From Rhodosorus marinus CCMP1338 (taxonomy: Eukaryota; Plantae; Rhodophyta), in the NCBI GenBank assembly GCA_029953675.1, contig JAMWBK010000013.1, forward strand, positions 682,001 through 746,000: a stretch of 64,000 bases of DNA, written 5' to 3'. The notes below the pieces were generated by a model that did no database searches, was not told the DNA's origin, and was given only the letters and a program-made list of their open reading frames with translations. Each line of letters opens with the position of its first letter. Position 1 is the stretch's first letter. A program made the translations under genes and the position numbers. Of the stretch, positions 36,567-48,400 are shown in pieces.

Positions 36567-38945
36567 CTACGAAGACCATCTATCCCGAACGAGGCTCAAC
36601 GCGTCTATGGACTCTGGGTTCCTGAGCGCGGCTATGTTCCCTATGGGCTTGCCCTCCACGAGCTTCTTCACGGACATCTCCGCCTTCTTCCCGTTGAACG
36701 TGTACGGAATGTCCGTCACGGACATTATCATCGCCGGAACGTGCCTCGGGGATAACCGACCCCTCAGCTCAGAGCGAATTTTCTTCTGCAGTGCGTCATC
36801 AACATGTTTCGCACTTGTCTTCAGCACAACGAACAGCAGTATACGCTCGTCGCCCTCCCAAGATTGTCCGACCACTGCGCAGTCAGAGATCTCCTCCATG
36901 TCCTCCAGGACACTGTAGAAGTCACTGCTCCCCATTCGAACTCCACCAGGATTCAAGGTGCAATCAGAGCGGCCCCTAATGATTAAGCCTACGTTTAAAC
37001 AAGAAACTTGTTCCGTTAACTAGAGTAAACCATGAAAAAAGACAGAGATTACATCTGAGGACGCGCTGATCGCCTACCGTTCTCCTTGGTTATCTCTGCA
37101 TAGTCTCCGTGGGTCCAGATTCCTGGGAAGCGGTGGAAATAGGCCGATGAGTAGGCCTTGAAGCCATCATCGTCCCAAAAGCACAAGGGCATAGCCGGAA
37201 TTGCGTTCTTGCACACCAGTTCTCCAGTTTCTTCTCGTACGTCTTCGCCGAGCTCGTTGAAGACACTGACGTCCTCGCCAAGGCCGACGCATTGAAGTTG
37301 TTCAACGACAACCTTCTTGGTAGGACAACCCAGCGCGAAACAGCTGTTGATGTCGGAACCCCCGCTCATTGATACGTACTGAACAGTGCCACCGAGGGAA
37401 CTCTTTACGAAACGGAAGTTGGCCGCAGAGGACACTGAGCCAGTCACCATCACCGCGCGGATCTTCTTATTAGCCAGCTGCTTTCCATCCCTTCTAAACA
37501 CTCCAGCCACATCCGCACCCATCACTTCCAAGGCTGTCAGAAACCCCGCAGAAGCGCCAAAGTGCGTCACACTCTCCAGGCCGGCCAGTCTGAACAGTAC
37601 AGTAGGATCTTTCGGCAAGATTGCTGCCCCGTCAAAAACAACCAGTTTAGCTCCTCGACCTAGAGCCACTAGAGACCAGTTCCACATCATCCATCCTATC
37701 GTCGTGTAGAAGAAAACGCTACTGTCACTCCTGATGTCCATGTGTAGCGCATGCTCCTTAATTTGGTTCACAAATACACCCCAACCCTGCACGATGCTCT
37801 TCGGCTTTCCAGTCGTCCCTGTCCAACGAATTAAAAAAAAAGAGCACACAGACTAAGGACCACAGTGCAAGTCTATGACAAAGACACCAAGTTGTCTGGC
37901 CAAGAGCCAGGCCAGAATCGCTGCGCTAGTCAGCAATGACAACTGCGAAAAGCTAATCCGTCTGAGCGCTCAGCAGTCATCCCGAGCCCAATTGGAGTGG
38001 AAGCGCTACGAGAGTTGGCATTCTGTCAAATTGAGCTCCGTGCAGAGAATACACCCAGGCAGTGGACGTACCTGAAGAGTACATTATGTACAGCGGATGA
38101 TCGCTTGGAACTCTCACGAATGCGGAATCTAGATCGACCTTTGGGTTGTAGCTCGTGAGCTCCTTGAACTCGATGCGCTCATGTTGGTTTTCGTCCGCGT
38201 TCGGGTGGCTCTGACCGGTGAATGGAATCAAGATCACGTGCTCGACTGACGGCAAGCTGTCGATGATCTCCTTGTTCTTTTCGTTCACGTCAACGTTACG
38301 ACCCTTGTAGATGTAACCGTCAGTGACGATCAACACCTTGGGGCGGACTTGACTGAATCGGTCCAAGACTGCGATAGTTCCGAAGTCTGGCGAACAAGCT
38401 GTCCACACGCACCCCAGAGAGTTAACAGCGAGCATCATGATAATCGTATCGCTGACGTGTGGCATAAGTGCCGCGACGATGTCTCCACATTTCAGCTCGA
38501 GCACTTCCCGACAGTAGCCCGAGGCAGCGTTCACCTCAGCGTACAGCTCCTTGAAGGACAATGAACGCCACAGGCTCAGGTCCTCACGATACGACGCTAT
38601 TGCCGTCTTGTCGGATCGATTTTGTAGAAGGTTCTCTGCAACACAGAGACTCATCCCCTCAAACCAAACCACGTTAACAAGCTCTGGTTTTGAGCGGTCG
38701 TCCGTTCCAGCCCCAACAACATTTGCAATCTCTCCGTGGCTCTTGATGTCGAGAAACTCCACAACGAGCTTCCAGAATTCATCTCTACTACTCACAGACC
38801 AGTGATGCAACGCCTCATAGTCTCTAAACTGCTGTCCACTTCTCTTTTCAGCCTCCGCCCAAAACCTCGCCAATGCACTCTGCGTTAGAGAACTCTCGTC
38901 TGGCTCCCATAAGACCTCAGGCTCATCCAGCTTTACATCAGCCAT
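36567..38945 (-). CDS. AACS: Acetoacetyl-CoA synthetase (acetoacetate-CoA ligase), 3 exons
   Basis: VLWEP..LARF..FRDYEALHHWSV..EFW; NAASGYC..GDIVAALMP..NSLGCVWTACSPDFGTIAVLDRFSQVRPKVL; HPLYIMYSSGTTGKPKSIV..IKEHALH; FYTTIGWMMWNW; SMSGGSDINSCF; GELVC..PAMPLCFWDD..YF.RFPGIWTHGDY; GRSDCTLNPGGVRMGS. Confidence 0.93.
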
Positions 38946-40755
38946 AATTTTTCATCTCAATAGACTCAATTCAGCGATGCTTCGTTCTTACAATCCCCAT
39001 CTCAATATAATACAACCTGCCAACTGCCGAAACCAGCAAGTCTTTCCTTCCAACTGCCCACCCCTCCACATGACCAAACCCTATTAATAGCTGACAGCGG
39101 CGGGTCGAATCTACGACCGACGTTCGGATGGAGGGGGAAGCTGCAAAGGTTTGAGAACCAGCTGAGTGAGACTAGATCGACCGTATATCTAGGCAGAATT
39201 TTTTGTGGTTCCTGCCAGGTAACAACGCTGTCGCCAATACATTGAGAAACTTCTTCTGTGGTTGGGGCAAGTTTGCAAGGCTTTGTGGATAGTCTTTCGC
39301 TGTAGATATCAAGGACTCTGCTGAGAACGTCAGTGGAGGCTGTTGGCTGCGCAGGCAAGTTGGATAGACTGATGCGTAGAACTAACCGATAAATAACCCC
39401 AAAGTCCGTTGGTTTTATTGCGCCTGTAACCTGATCGGCAGGCCTGTGCACGAAGTCTGGATAGATTCTTTCCGTGAGGGGATCACTCGGTAATGGGGTT
39501 CATAGTGATTCGAGGATCGGGACGTTAGCTGTCTGGTTTTGAGGGTAGGGCAGTGCTAGACCTGAGCGATCTGCATTCAACGAGATGCACCAACCCGATA
39601 ATGACAGCTGCAAGTTTTCTTATCTTGAGAGCAGAACTTGGTCAAATGTTAGCAAGAGAAAGCCCGCACAGCAATTTATCCACCGCTCCCTTAGTGTGCT
39701 TGGATTTCTTCGCTTGTTTTGATGGCGGCATGCCAAAAACCCAACATCTGATTTGTATGTCGGAGATCGCTTCTGTGCTTTCTTCTCCTGATTACAGGTC
39801 ATGGGAAAGCTAGGCAATACGGCAGTGCACGATTACGAGCAACTGAATTCGGCTCTTCTTGCGATGCTCCGCATCGGAAAGGACTAGAATTCGGAAACGC
39901 GTACTAAAGGCACCAAGATGTGATGACAGCACATACGTTGAAGGTCATTGAGCATAAACAGCCGACATTCCGTCCTGGAATCCAAACCGGAAACGCCTCC
40001 ATCACCCCCTCCCCCCCTCTGGCAATCCTACTTCCTCAATCCCACTTTTTCACAATTCAACCAATACCCGTTCTGTCCCAGAAATATTATACTATATCCA
40101 TTTTTATGACCACATACTCTAGAAACTCTCCAAAAAGTTACAAAACCAAAATATTTAGAACTCAATTCCTTCTTTTAACCGCAACACGACCCTTACCTTG
40201 TTCAGTCAAGATTATGCCGGAAACCCGTCTTTATTACAACAAGAAAGTATCTATGGGACCTAAATATTTCCAAATACAATATATTTAGAAATCAATGCCA
40301 TATATTATACAAGAATAAATCTAAATTATATATCTATGCCTATTTTCTTCGTTCGCTAAGCGTTTTTAAAGAAAAGAGCTTCGGAAACAAACTTTCGACG
40401 TCTTTTTGGGGGGGAAGAGAACGCCATCAGTGGGGAAGGGGACAAGGAAGGGTTTCATACGTGTTATGGAGGTATTCAGATGGAGTGAGAAAGTGAATTA
40501 GGAGGTCGATGTATTATTGGAGAGGTATTTTAGGATCTATGGGGTAGTATTTGGTCGTTTATCGTTCGTTCTATATGTAATCGATAAGTTGTTTTCGCGG
40601 GGGTGGGGGTTCCTGTTTGGTTTTTTTTTTTTGGTGGTGGTCGGGGGGGGGGGGCGGTGGGTTTCCTGTTCCGTCGGAGTGGAATTGTGGAGATTGTTGG
40701 GGACGGAAGTGAAGCGGAAAAAGGGGCTTGCCCTTCTTTTGAATTTTGTGTCTAG

Positions 40756-43700
40756 ATGTCAAAGTGTCCGTTCCCTGATGGGACGGTTGTTTGGGTCAAG
40801 TACCATGATTATCCATGGTGGCCATCGTTGGTGGGAGTGAAGGAGAGGATTAGCTCCAGGAAAGGGGAGTTTTGGGTGAAGTTTTTCAACGATCCAGATG
40901 GAGGGTTTGTCAAGGCAGGGCAGATGCGTCCTTTCACACCGGAGAATATTAAGAAATACATGCCGCGGAAGGGAAGCGCTGATTATGATAAGATTGTTGA
41001 GGCGGTGAGATTGGCTAGAGAGCACGATCGGGAAAATCCTGTTTCTGAGGATGATGATGATGACGATGACGATGATGTGTCTGATGACGAAGACAATAAG
41101 GAGGAGAGTGAGGAGCAGGATGAGTACAACACTGGCAAAGATCAAGAGTCGATAAATGCTGCTCGAAAGCGCGAGGCGGAGCGGGCTGCATATTCTCGAT
41201 CACGGTTGGAAGATGATCTCAAAAAGGACGAAGAGAGTTCGGATAGTTCACATCCAAGATCCGCAGCGGCATGGAAAAAGAAGCTGGTGGAGGAACCAGG
41301 GAGGAAGCAACATGATCAAGACAGCAGCAGTGACGATTACGTGGAAACTCCTCGAGATCGCCAGAGATCCGCGGCCGAGAGAAAGCCAGTGCCATCGTCT
41401 GATGAAGATGAGGAAGATGTCGACGTAGATGATATCCAGATCCCCAAGCGCCAACCACCGGGAAAGGCAAAACCCGTTGGAGACGAGGAAATGGTCGATG
41501 CGGATGATGTGCAGATCCCCAAGCGGAAACCGTTGGGGCGAACGAGGCCAACCCCTGAAAACGACCCTTCGAGCGCAACCGGGCCTGATCGCTTGCCATT
41601 TACACCGAGAGGACATGAGAAAAAGCCTGAGGATAAGAATAACGGCAGAGGTGACCTCATACCCAAGAAGCAAAAGCCGCGAACTACTCCAGGAGATGAA
41701 ACGGAAAGCGTCACACCCATGAACGCTGCGAGGGACGGGCAGCCGCCATCACGTGAAGTAGAGAAGGAGCGCAAGAGAAGCAGGGTAGATGACGAGGATG
41801 ATCAAGAGCAAAGGGCGAAGAAGCGTGCCGATCTTGCACCAGAGGCCCCCGCTTCCAAGACCGAACCGCCCGTACCCAAGGGTGAAGCCTCCAAGCAGGG
41901 CAGTGAGCGGCCCGGAGGTCGTCCAGCGAAAGCAAACGAATCAAAAAAAGAAATAGATATGAGCGCCCTTCATAGGACTGAACATAAGGAGATAGCGAAG
42001 GGCAACACTGCAAAGAGGCTACGAGAACCGGTCCACAGTAGCGGAGTAGAAGCACACTCTTCGCAAGGACAAGCAGTCGTTCTTGAGATCAATATTCCAC
42101 CTGGAAGACCCGAACCGGTATTTAGCCCTCTAGACGATTCTGAAGCGATGCAGCTGCAGATTGATGAAGAAGAGTTCACTGAGCTCTCGGAGACTCTGAC
42201 GAGTAGAGAGAGCAAGGTTGAGAGTCGCATCTCCTCGATGTCAAGTCTGAGGGAGGAAGTGGAAAAGCAAGCACGGGAGCTTCGAGCACAGGTGAAGGAG
42301 TTTACTCAGCTCGTGGACGAACTTAGCCAGGCGGACGAGAATGTTGCGAAAGCTTGGAATGATTGCAGTACTGCGCTTGAGGAACTGCACCGAGCGAAAG
42401 TCACTGTACCCATGCTGAAATCAACCAAAGTAGGGAAGCTCGTAAAGAAGATCTCGAGGGATGGAGGACCCCTCTCCGGAGCGGCAAGGTGTTTGCAGAA
42501 GGCGTGGATGGAGCTCCTCCAGCCACCCAAGAAGCTTGGGGACGGTATACCCAAACCCAAGCAGCGTGAGCATTTACCGTCTGTTCCAAAGGCGGAGAAG
42601 AGAACTAGGGATTCAGAGGCGCTTGATGCACGGGAAGACGAATCTCCGAGCTCTGAGAGGAAGAGCAAAGACGCCGAGGCGAACGCCAAGGCCCGAAAAG
42701 ACGAACCAGTACGGGAGAGCACTCCTGGCAAAGCGGATGCCGATGCCAACGGGAGCTCAAGGCCCCCAAAAGATTCAGATGCGAACTCGTCCGCTGGCAA
42801 CGTGGCGGGGGCTGACCCACCAATTCCACTGAAGAAGAAAAAAAGCATTTCGAAATCTACATCGAAGGATCGGGATCATGCAAAGCCGTCGAAGCTCTCC
42901 AGGGATGATGCCCCGAAGGCTTCGCCAGTTCGAAATGATAAAACGGTCAAGGAGGATCCACCGAGGGCATCCCCACCGCATAAGGATAAGGTTGTAGGGC
43001 AAATGACGAAGAAGCTATCGAGAACCGGCGAATTGACCAAGAAGCTTTCTAAACGAGATGCTTTTCCGAAGGGGAAATCTCAGACAAAAGCTAGCCGTCC
43101 GGGAATACAGCCCGCCAGACCACAGCAAGGTGACGCTCCGATGGCCAAGGTAAGGATAAGCATTGAGGATCGGAGGCGAACGTTTGGAACAATCTGTCAG
43201 GTACTGAACGAATGGCTGTGCTTGGCTCCGTTTGACAGGACGCATCTGCCAAGATTACTGCTGTGTTTACTGGTATTTTTGCTGGCTCGGAGAGGAGCCA
43301 AGATGAGTCCCTTGAGAGACTCTATGTGGCTCTGGATAATGAGAAGGCAGCAAAAGTCGCATCTGACCTTGAGAAAGCGATCAAAGGACTGGCGTTGCCA
43401 CAAAAGGACTATATGGAGAAGGCACGGGTGTTGCGTTTGAATCTGAAACGAAATCCGCACCTGCGAAAGGCGGTGGCGGAGGCGAAGATTTCCGTATCGA
43501 AACTGGTAACTATGGACAGCGCGGAAATGCGCACGGAGGAGCAGAGCAAGGAGATTCGAAAAATAGAGGACCGAAACCTGCACTTCTCACAAAAGAGCTT
43601 GGATGTGAGGGTACAGAGGGGCCTGTTCACCTGTTCGGAATGCAGGGGCGACAAGACAACCTACCACGAAATGCAGACCAGGTTGGTTTGCTCGATTACA

Positions 43701-43906
43701 CTCTTATGGGTGCCCATCACGTTCCGACCCCTGACCCAAACAATCGTATTTTGATGCAGGAGTGCTGATGAACCTATGACTGCTTTCATTACCTGTCTGA
43801 GATGTGGGCACAAGTAAGTAGCTGGTAGAAGATACGGACCAAATCCAATGCGGTCACGGGGCTGATGTGGTTAATATCCGTCTTCTTTGATAGGTGGAAG
43901 GAGTGA
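40756..43906 (+). CDS. PWWP-domain + coiled-coil + complete TFIIS (N-terminal, central and Zn-ribbon domains) fusion protein, 4 exons
   Basis: PWWP FPDGTVVWVKYHDYPWWPSLV..FWVKFFND..GFV; TFIIS-N ALEELHRAKVTVPMLKSTKVGKLVKKI..AARCLQKAWMELL; after intron 43151-43238 the central domain KAAKVASDLEKAI..YMEKARVLRLNLKRNPHLRKAV..LVTMDSAEM; Zn ribbon FTCSECRGDKTTYHEMQTRSADEPMTAFITCLRCGHKWKE*. Confidence 0.88.
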
Positions 43907-44465
43907 TAGTTACAGCCAGGAACTGACGACCAATGCTGTCACTGGAAATCTAGTCGTGGACAAGAGCATGCTTGTTTAGCTGGGAATTCTCGACCATAAG
44001 CACCTTTTCTTTTTTTTTTGGATTCGGCTCAGCTTGTTCCGCACGAGAGGCATGGAAAGGTGAAGGCGGTCCTGAGAGCAGGACCTAGAAGCTTTCAAGT
44101 AGCTGTATATGAAAAACTGTTAATCAAGCGCTTTGGCTTACGCTAGTCAACTTGTTGGAGCGACGTTGCTAGGAAATGCATTTCTTGATTCCATTCCTTG
44201 TCGATATGGATCAGGAGTTCAACAATCGGGTAAAATCGTCCGACTTGGAAGAGGTCAACGTCGCTTTATGACGCTAGTTGATTAGTGGATGGTTAGTCGC
44301 CTTTAACTTGCGTCTTGCAAAGTGGCGGCTCTGCGTTGATATCTACCGGGTGTAAATAAACTATTGTGATTATATAGAAATTTGACTAGTCTAACTTGCC
44401 AAGGTCCGTTGCATGCGCTCAATAGATCGCGGTACTAGAAGGTTCGGAAGTCCAAGAAGCTGGCC

Positions 44466-45077
44466 TTAGACTTGGAGAATAGACCACAGGAATCCTAGTA
44501 CAGACCTTCCAACCGACTCTCTTTCACCTTCGTTCCATAATAACACAAAGTGCCTTTCCAAATATCTTAAGAAAAGCAAGTTGAAGCCTCGAGTTTGAGG
44601 GTGAACTAGCCACAGAAGTCCAACTACGAGAAAAAAAGACGTTCAGTTGGAACCGGCTGCTACAACTTTGCAAGATTCCATTTCCAGTCCGGTCAAAGTG
44701 GATCCAAGGAGCACTCACCTATCTTACAAAGGTTATAAGTGAAGTACAACGGAGAATGATACATGATTCTATCCAGGAAAAGCTCCGGAATCATGAGCAT
44801 AGAGAAGATGATCCAGTAGGTCAACCAAGACACAGCTTTCTCATTGTCCTTCTCCTTAACAACTTGATGGGCTTTGTACGCAGGATACACAACTCCAATT
44901 AAACCACTTTTATGACAACAACAAAAACCACAAGAAAGAAAAAAAAAGGAACAGCGCCATATATTCTCAGAACCCTAAACTCAATACCAACTCCTACCCC
45001 CCAGTTCCCCTCCAGGAACAAAACTACCGTTTCCAAGGCTTCACTTACCAGATCAAATGCGACAAAGTAGCCCTCAT
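44466..45077 (-). CDS. TB2/DP1/HVA22 (REEP/Yop1) family membrane protein, 3 exons
   Basis: MRATLSHLIC|GLIGVVYPAYKAHQVVKEKDNEKAVSWLTYWIIFSML..YNLCKI|VGLLWLVHPQTRG: YPAY..WLTYW..LWL..PQTRG is the family signature. Confidence 0.88.
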
Positions 45078-45327
45078 CGCTTTCTATCTTCTCTAATTAA
45101 CAATCCAAAACCATCAAACAGAACCAAAAAAAAAAAAAGGAGGCTTCACCACGCTCACATCTTAATATCTTACTATCCCTTCCAACCTTTTACTCTGTCC
45201 CCCCCACCCATCCAAAATGTCCCCAGTGTGAAACCATCCTTTCAACGTTCATCGCCATCCTCCGAAATTTATTAACAAAACTAAAAATGTGGCGGTCGTC
45301 GTTCGAAAACCCAATATTCAATCATTG

Positions 45328-45403
45328 TATTTTAACTGACTGAATAATATTTTAATTGACTGAGTAATATTTTAATTGACTGAAGCATATCTTAATTGAC
45401 TGA
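45328..45403. repeat. 20-bp tandem repeat, about 3.8 copies
   Basis: tattttaactgactgaataa / tattttaattgactgagtaa / tattttaattgactgaagca / tatcttaattgactga. Confidence 0.9.
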
Positions 45404-48400
45404 CTTGATGAATAGGTGGATGGGGAAGTTGTCTCTTGTGCAAAGAGTCTTTAGTGCAGGATGCTGAAGATTGGTGGTGGATGTCTTTTAACAGATTGGA
45501 TTTAAAAAAATCGGAGGCTAAAGATCCCTGCATGGAGGACGCTAAGAAGTGCACAGAGAGCGCCCCTCCTGAACTAGCGCAAGCGTTTCTAGCGCTGAGA
45601 GAAAAAGAGCATCAGGGCGTTCGCGGTGACGGAGTGCTTTTTTGGCGGGCGGTGTGGGGAGGGTGAATATTGAGACCTTTATAAAAGGTTTGCCCTGTTT
45701 ACGCAGAGAGCACCGACGGCGAACGCGTAGAAACAGGGGTTTGGGAAGCTCATTTTTGGTCTTCGCAAAACCCGTTTCTGCTTGTTGCGATCGTCTCTTT
45801 GTATAGATCCTCTGCTGATGCTTCTAGGGTCACCGTCAATATTGTGGATTGGCGCGTCGTCCCCCCCAGGGAAAGACGTATTCCGGTGAAGCAAATTGAG
45901 GCGATCTTGTTGACCAGGATGGGAATAGAAGTACTTGGAGATCACTAACTGAAGCCAAGAACCGTACGCGTGTCAAGCCCGTCCATGGAGTGACAGATGC
46001 AGTCACTTATTGGGTACAATCTACTGCCAGAGTATCTCGTACGTATGAGATTCACCCAAAGCGATGGCGGAGTCCAATGTTCGCGTACATCGGTCACCGA
46101 ACGTAGTCTCTGTGAAGTACCTTTCCATATCAGAGCGAGGTCAACATGGGTAGTGCTCGGATGAGCGCGCCTCCAGGACAAGGCAGAGCTACGGCGCCAT
46201 AGGGTCAGGCTCAGCGAAGCGAACAGTCCAGAAACAGCGTAGGTACTTTATGCAGTTCGGCATCACCAGCATGGGGCCAAAAATGCCACTACAGTCTTCA
46301 ACGCGTCAAACCCAGTCTCCTTGTGGCATCCACCCAAGCTATTGTCGTTCTCCCCACGCAGCATGCCTATCCGAGACTCCATTATCGTTACTGACACTGT
46401 CGACGTGCCAAAGCCGGATAGAAAGTGTTTAGAACCACCACACACTGACTTCAGTCAATGTTCATTTAGATCGTGTGATGGCTGGGTTGTTGGCCGTGTG
46501 TTCTCTTCGAAGTTTTCAGAGACGTGCTTGTCTAGACTTCCAACGCTTCTTTGTTTTCTAAAAAACAAGGACAAAAGTGACGTGAGCACATTTACCGAAG
46601 CCTGTTTAAATCCTGGTCATTTGCAAGCGCCAGTTTTTGCAGGAGAGCGATTCAGAAGTGTATGGATCTGAGGTTTTGTTGGCGATCAAATCATGAGAAT
46701 ATAAGCGTCAAAGTGCGTGACGGCTGTTTGAACCCCTCTGCGGAAGCTGTTAACGGACGCCGCTCCCGTAGTGAAAATCTTGTACAGAGAATAGATAGGA
46801 AGACACGTGCACTAGGACGCGTGTTGATCTGGAATTCAAAGCTGTTTTCTCCCATGCTCGGGTACTTGCTAATGCCGTTGCTGGGCCTCTCTTTAGACTA
46901 TTTTTTTCCCGTATCCTTCAACTACTGGAGGGTAGGTCTGCTCTTTGGCAGTTCCCATTCCTTTTTCTGTCGCACAGGAAAGATACCCATCTGTAACCAA
47001 TATGCGTGGCTCGTAGAAGTCGCTTCAAACCTGCCCTACATGACCAAGTTCAGAGATCCAAGGTGCAACGATCGAAAATCAAGCACTAAAAAGGAACGCA
47101 GCAATGGTAGTCACCAAAAGGTTTCTTGGGATCCGCAACCTATCAGGTTTCGGAGTGTTGCGTTCTGAGCCGTCCCACTATCTCAACTATCACTCTGGTT
47201 ATATCGTATCAATTGCAGTGAATCCGAAAAATGCATAACCATTTTAGGCGCCCACAGACCTTCCAACACAACAACAGAGCAAACGCATGTCGACGCCCTA
47301 ACCATTGCAGGGGCTGCAAGAGTGTCAGGCAGTCGGCGTCGTGAAACTCACAGAGCTCGAGGGAGGAAGGGTTGCGAACAGAAACTCTTCCATTTTCAGT
47401 TTTCTACTACCTTGTGGAGTTCTTCCAACCTCATGACAAGGTTTTTTTCTTAATCGAGCCAGTCTCCATCATTGATCTCCAACATCTTGAACGAAGACCC
47501 AGGAAGAGCTCTGAGGCCAAAGCCAATGTCCTGGGCACGGCTGGCTGTATGCATTCTAGCCAAAGCGCGGCTCTATTGCCAGATCAGTATGGTTGCAAGT
47601 ACGAAGCTGAACGCTCTTAGAGTAAAACAAGGTGTCACAAGCTTTATCGAGATTGCTAGACACGTGCGCCAGCTGAAAAACGATTTTCTGTGAGAAGCAC
47701 TTTTCGGATGTCGAGCTGGTTCTAGCTGAAGGCTGTAGGTGTTCAAATTGGGTGGGTGGGATGTGTAGCCTCCGATGGCTACCAGAATATCCGGACTGTT
47801 CATCCACTGGAAAGCGACAGGTCTGCAACCGTTGCTGTAGAAACGAACAGAAACTTGTCGTGTCCACACACATGCCATTACGGACAAGAACAAAGCATGC
47901 AAAAAAACACGGAATTCGAGCCGCTCCAGTTGATTACCGTAGGAGAGTCCGTTGTGCTGGTTTTTGGGGTGTTTTTTCCTTCTTACATTTACCCACTCTA
48001 ACAATTTTTATCCAGTTTAATGTATCTTACACCTCCCCAATTGTGACTTGGCCGTTTCCCTGCCCCAAGAAAAGCACCAACCCGATGTTTTTTTCGTTTT
48101 CCAGTGAACGACCAAAAGTATCTGCGGGGAGCTTAGGAAGGCAAACTCTCCCATCAAAATTTCCAGATATCTCGTGTATGAACCAGTAGGACGTCGCATG
48201 TCAGTCACTGGCGCGCATCAGGACGGTGTTGCGAACGACAAAAGTCCAGAACAATGCGAAGAGATCTGTTCACTTTTCCCGTCTGGGAGAGAGACCCTCA
48301 ATAGAAAAGGGTGAGAAAAAACGGAAACGGAACGGGGCAGAGAATGAACAAAAAAACAACGAAAAAAAACACAAAACGACACATGTGCAATGAGTCAAAC

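Noticed and set aside
41015-43654. Many long antisense and alternate-frame ORFs inside the PWWP-TFIIS gene and other long exons (also 9956-10477, 15953-16669, 42306-42848)
   Set aside because: Shadow ORFs expected from the biased codon use of the real CDS.
45328-45403. Short regularly spaced repeats as a CRISPR-like array
   Set aside because: Head-to-tail tandem units with no unique spacers, in a eukaryotic genome with no cas genes.
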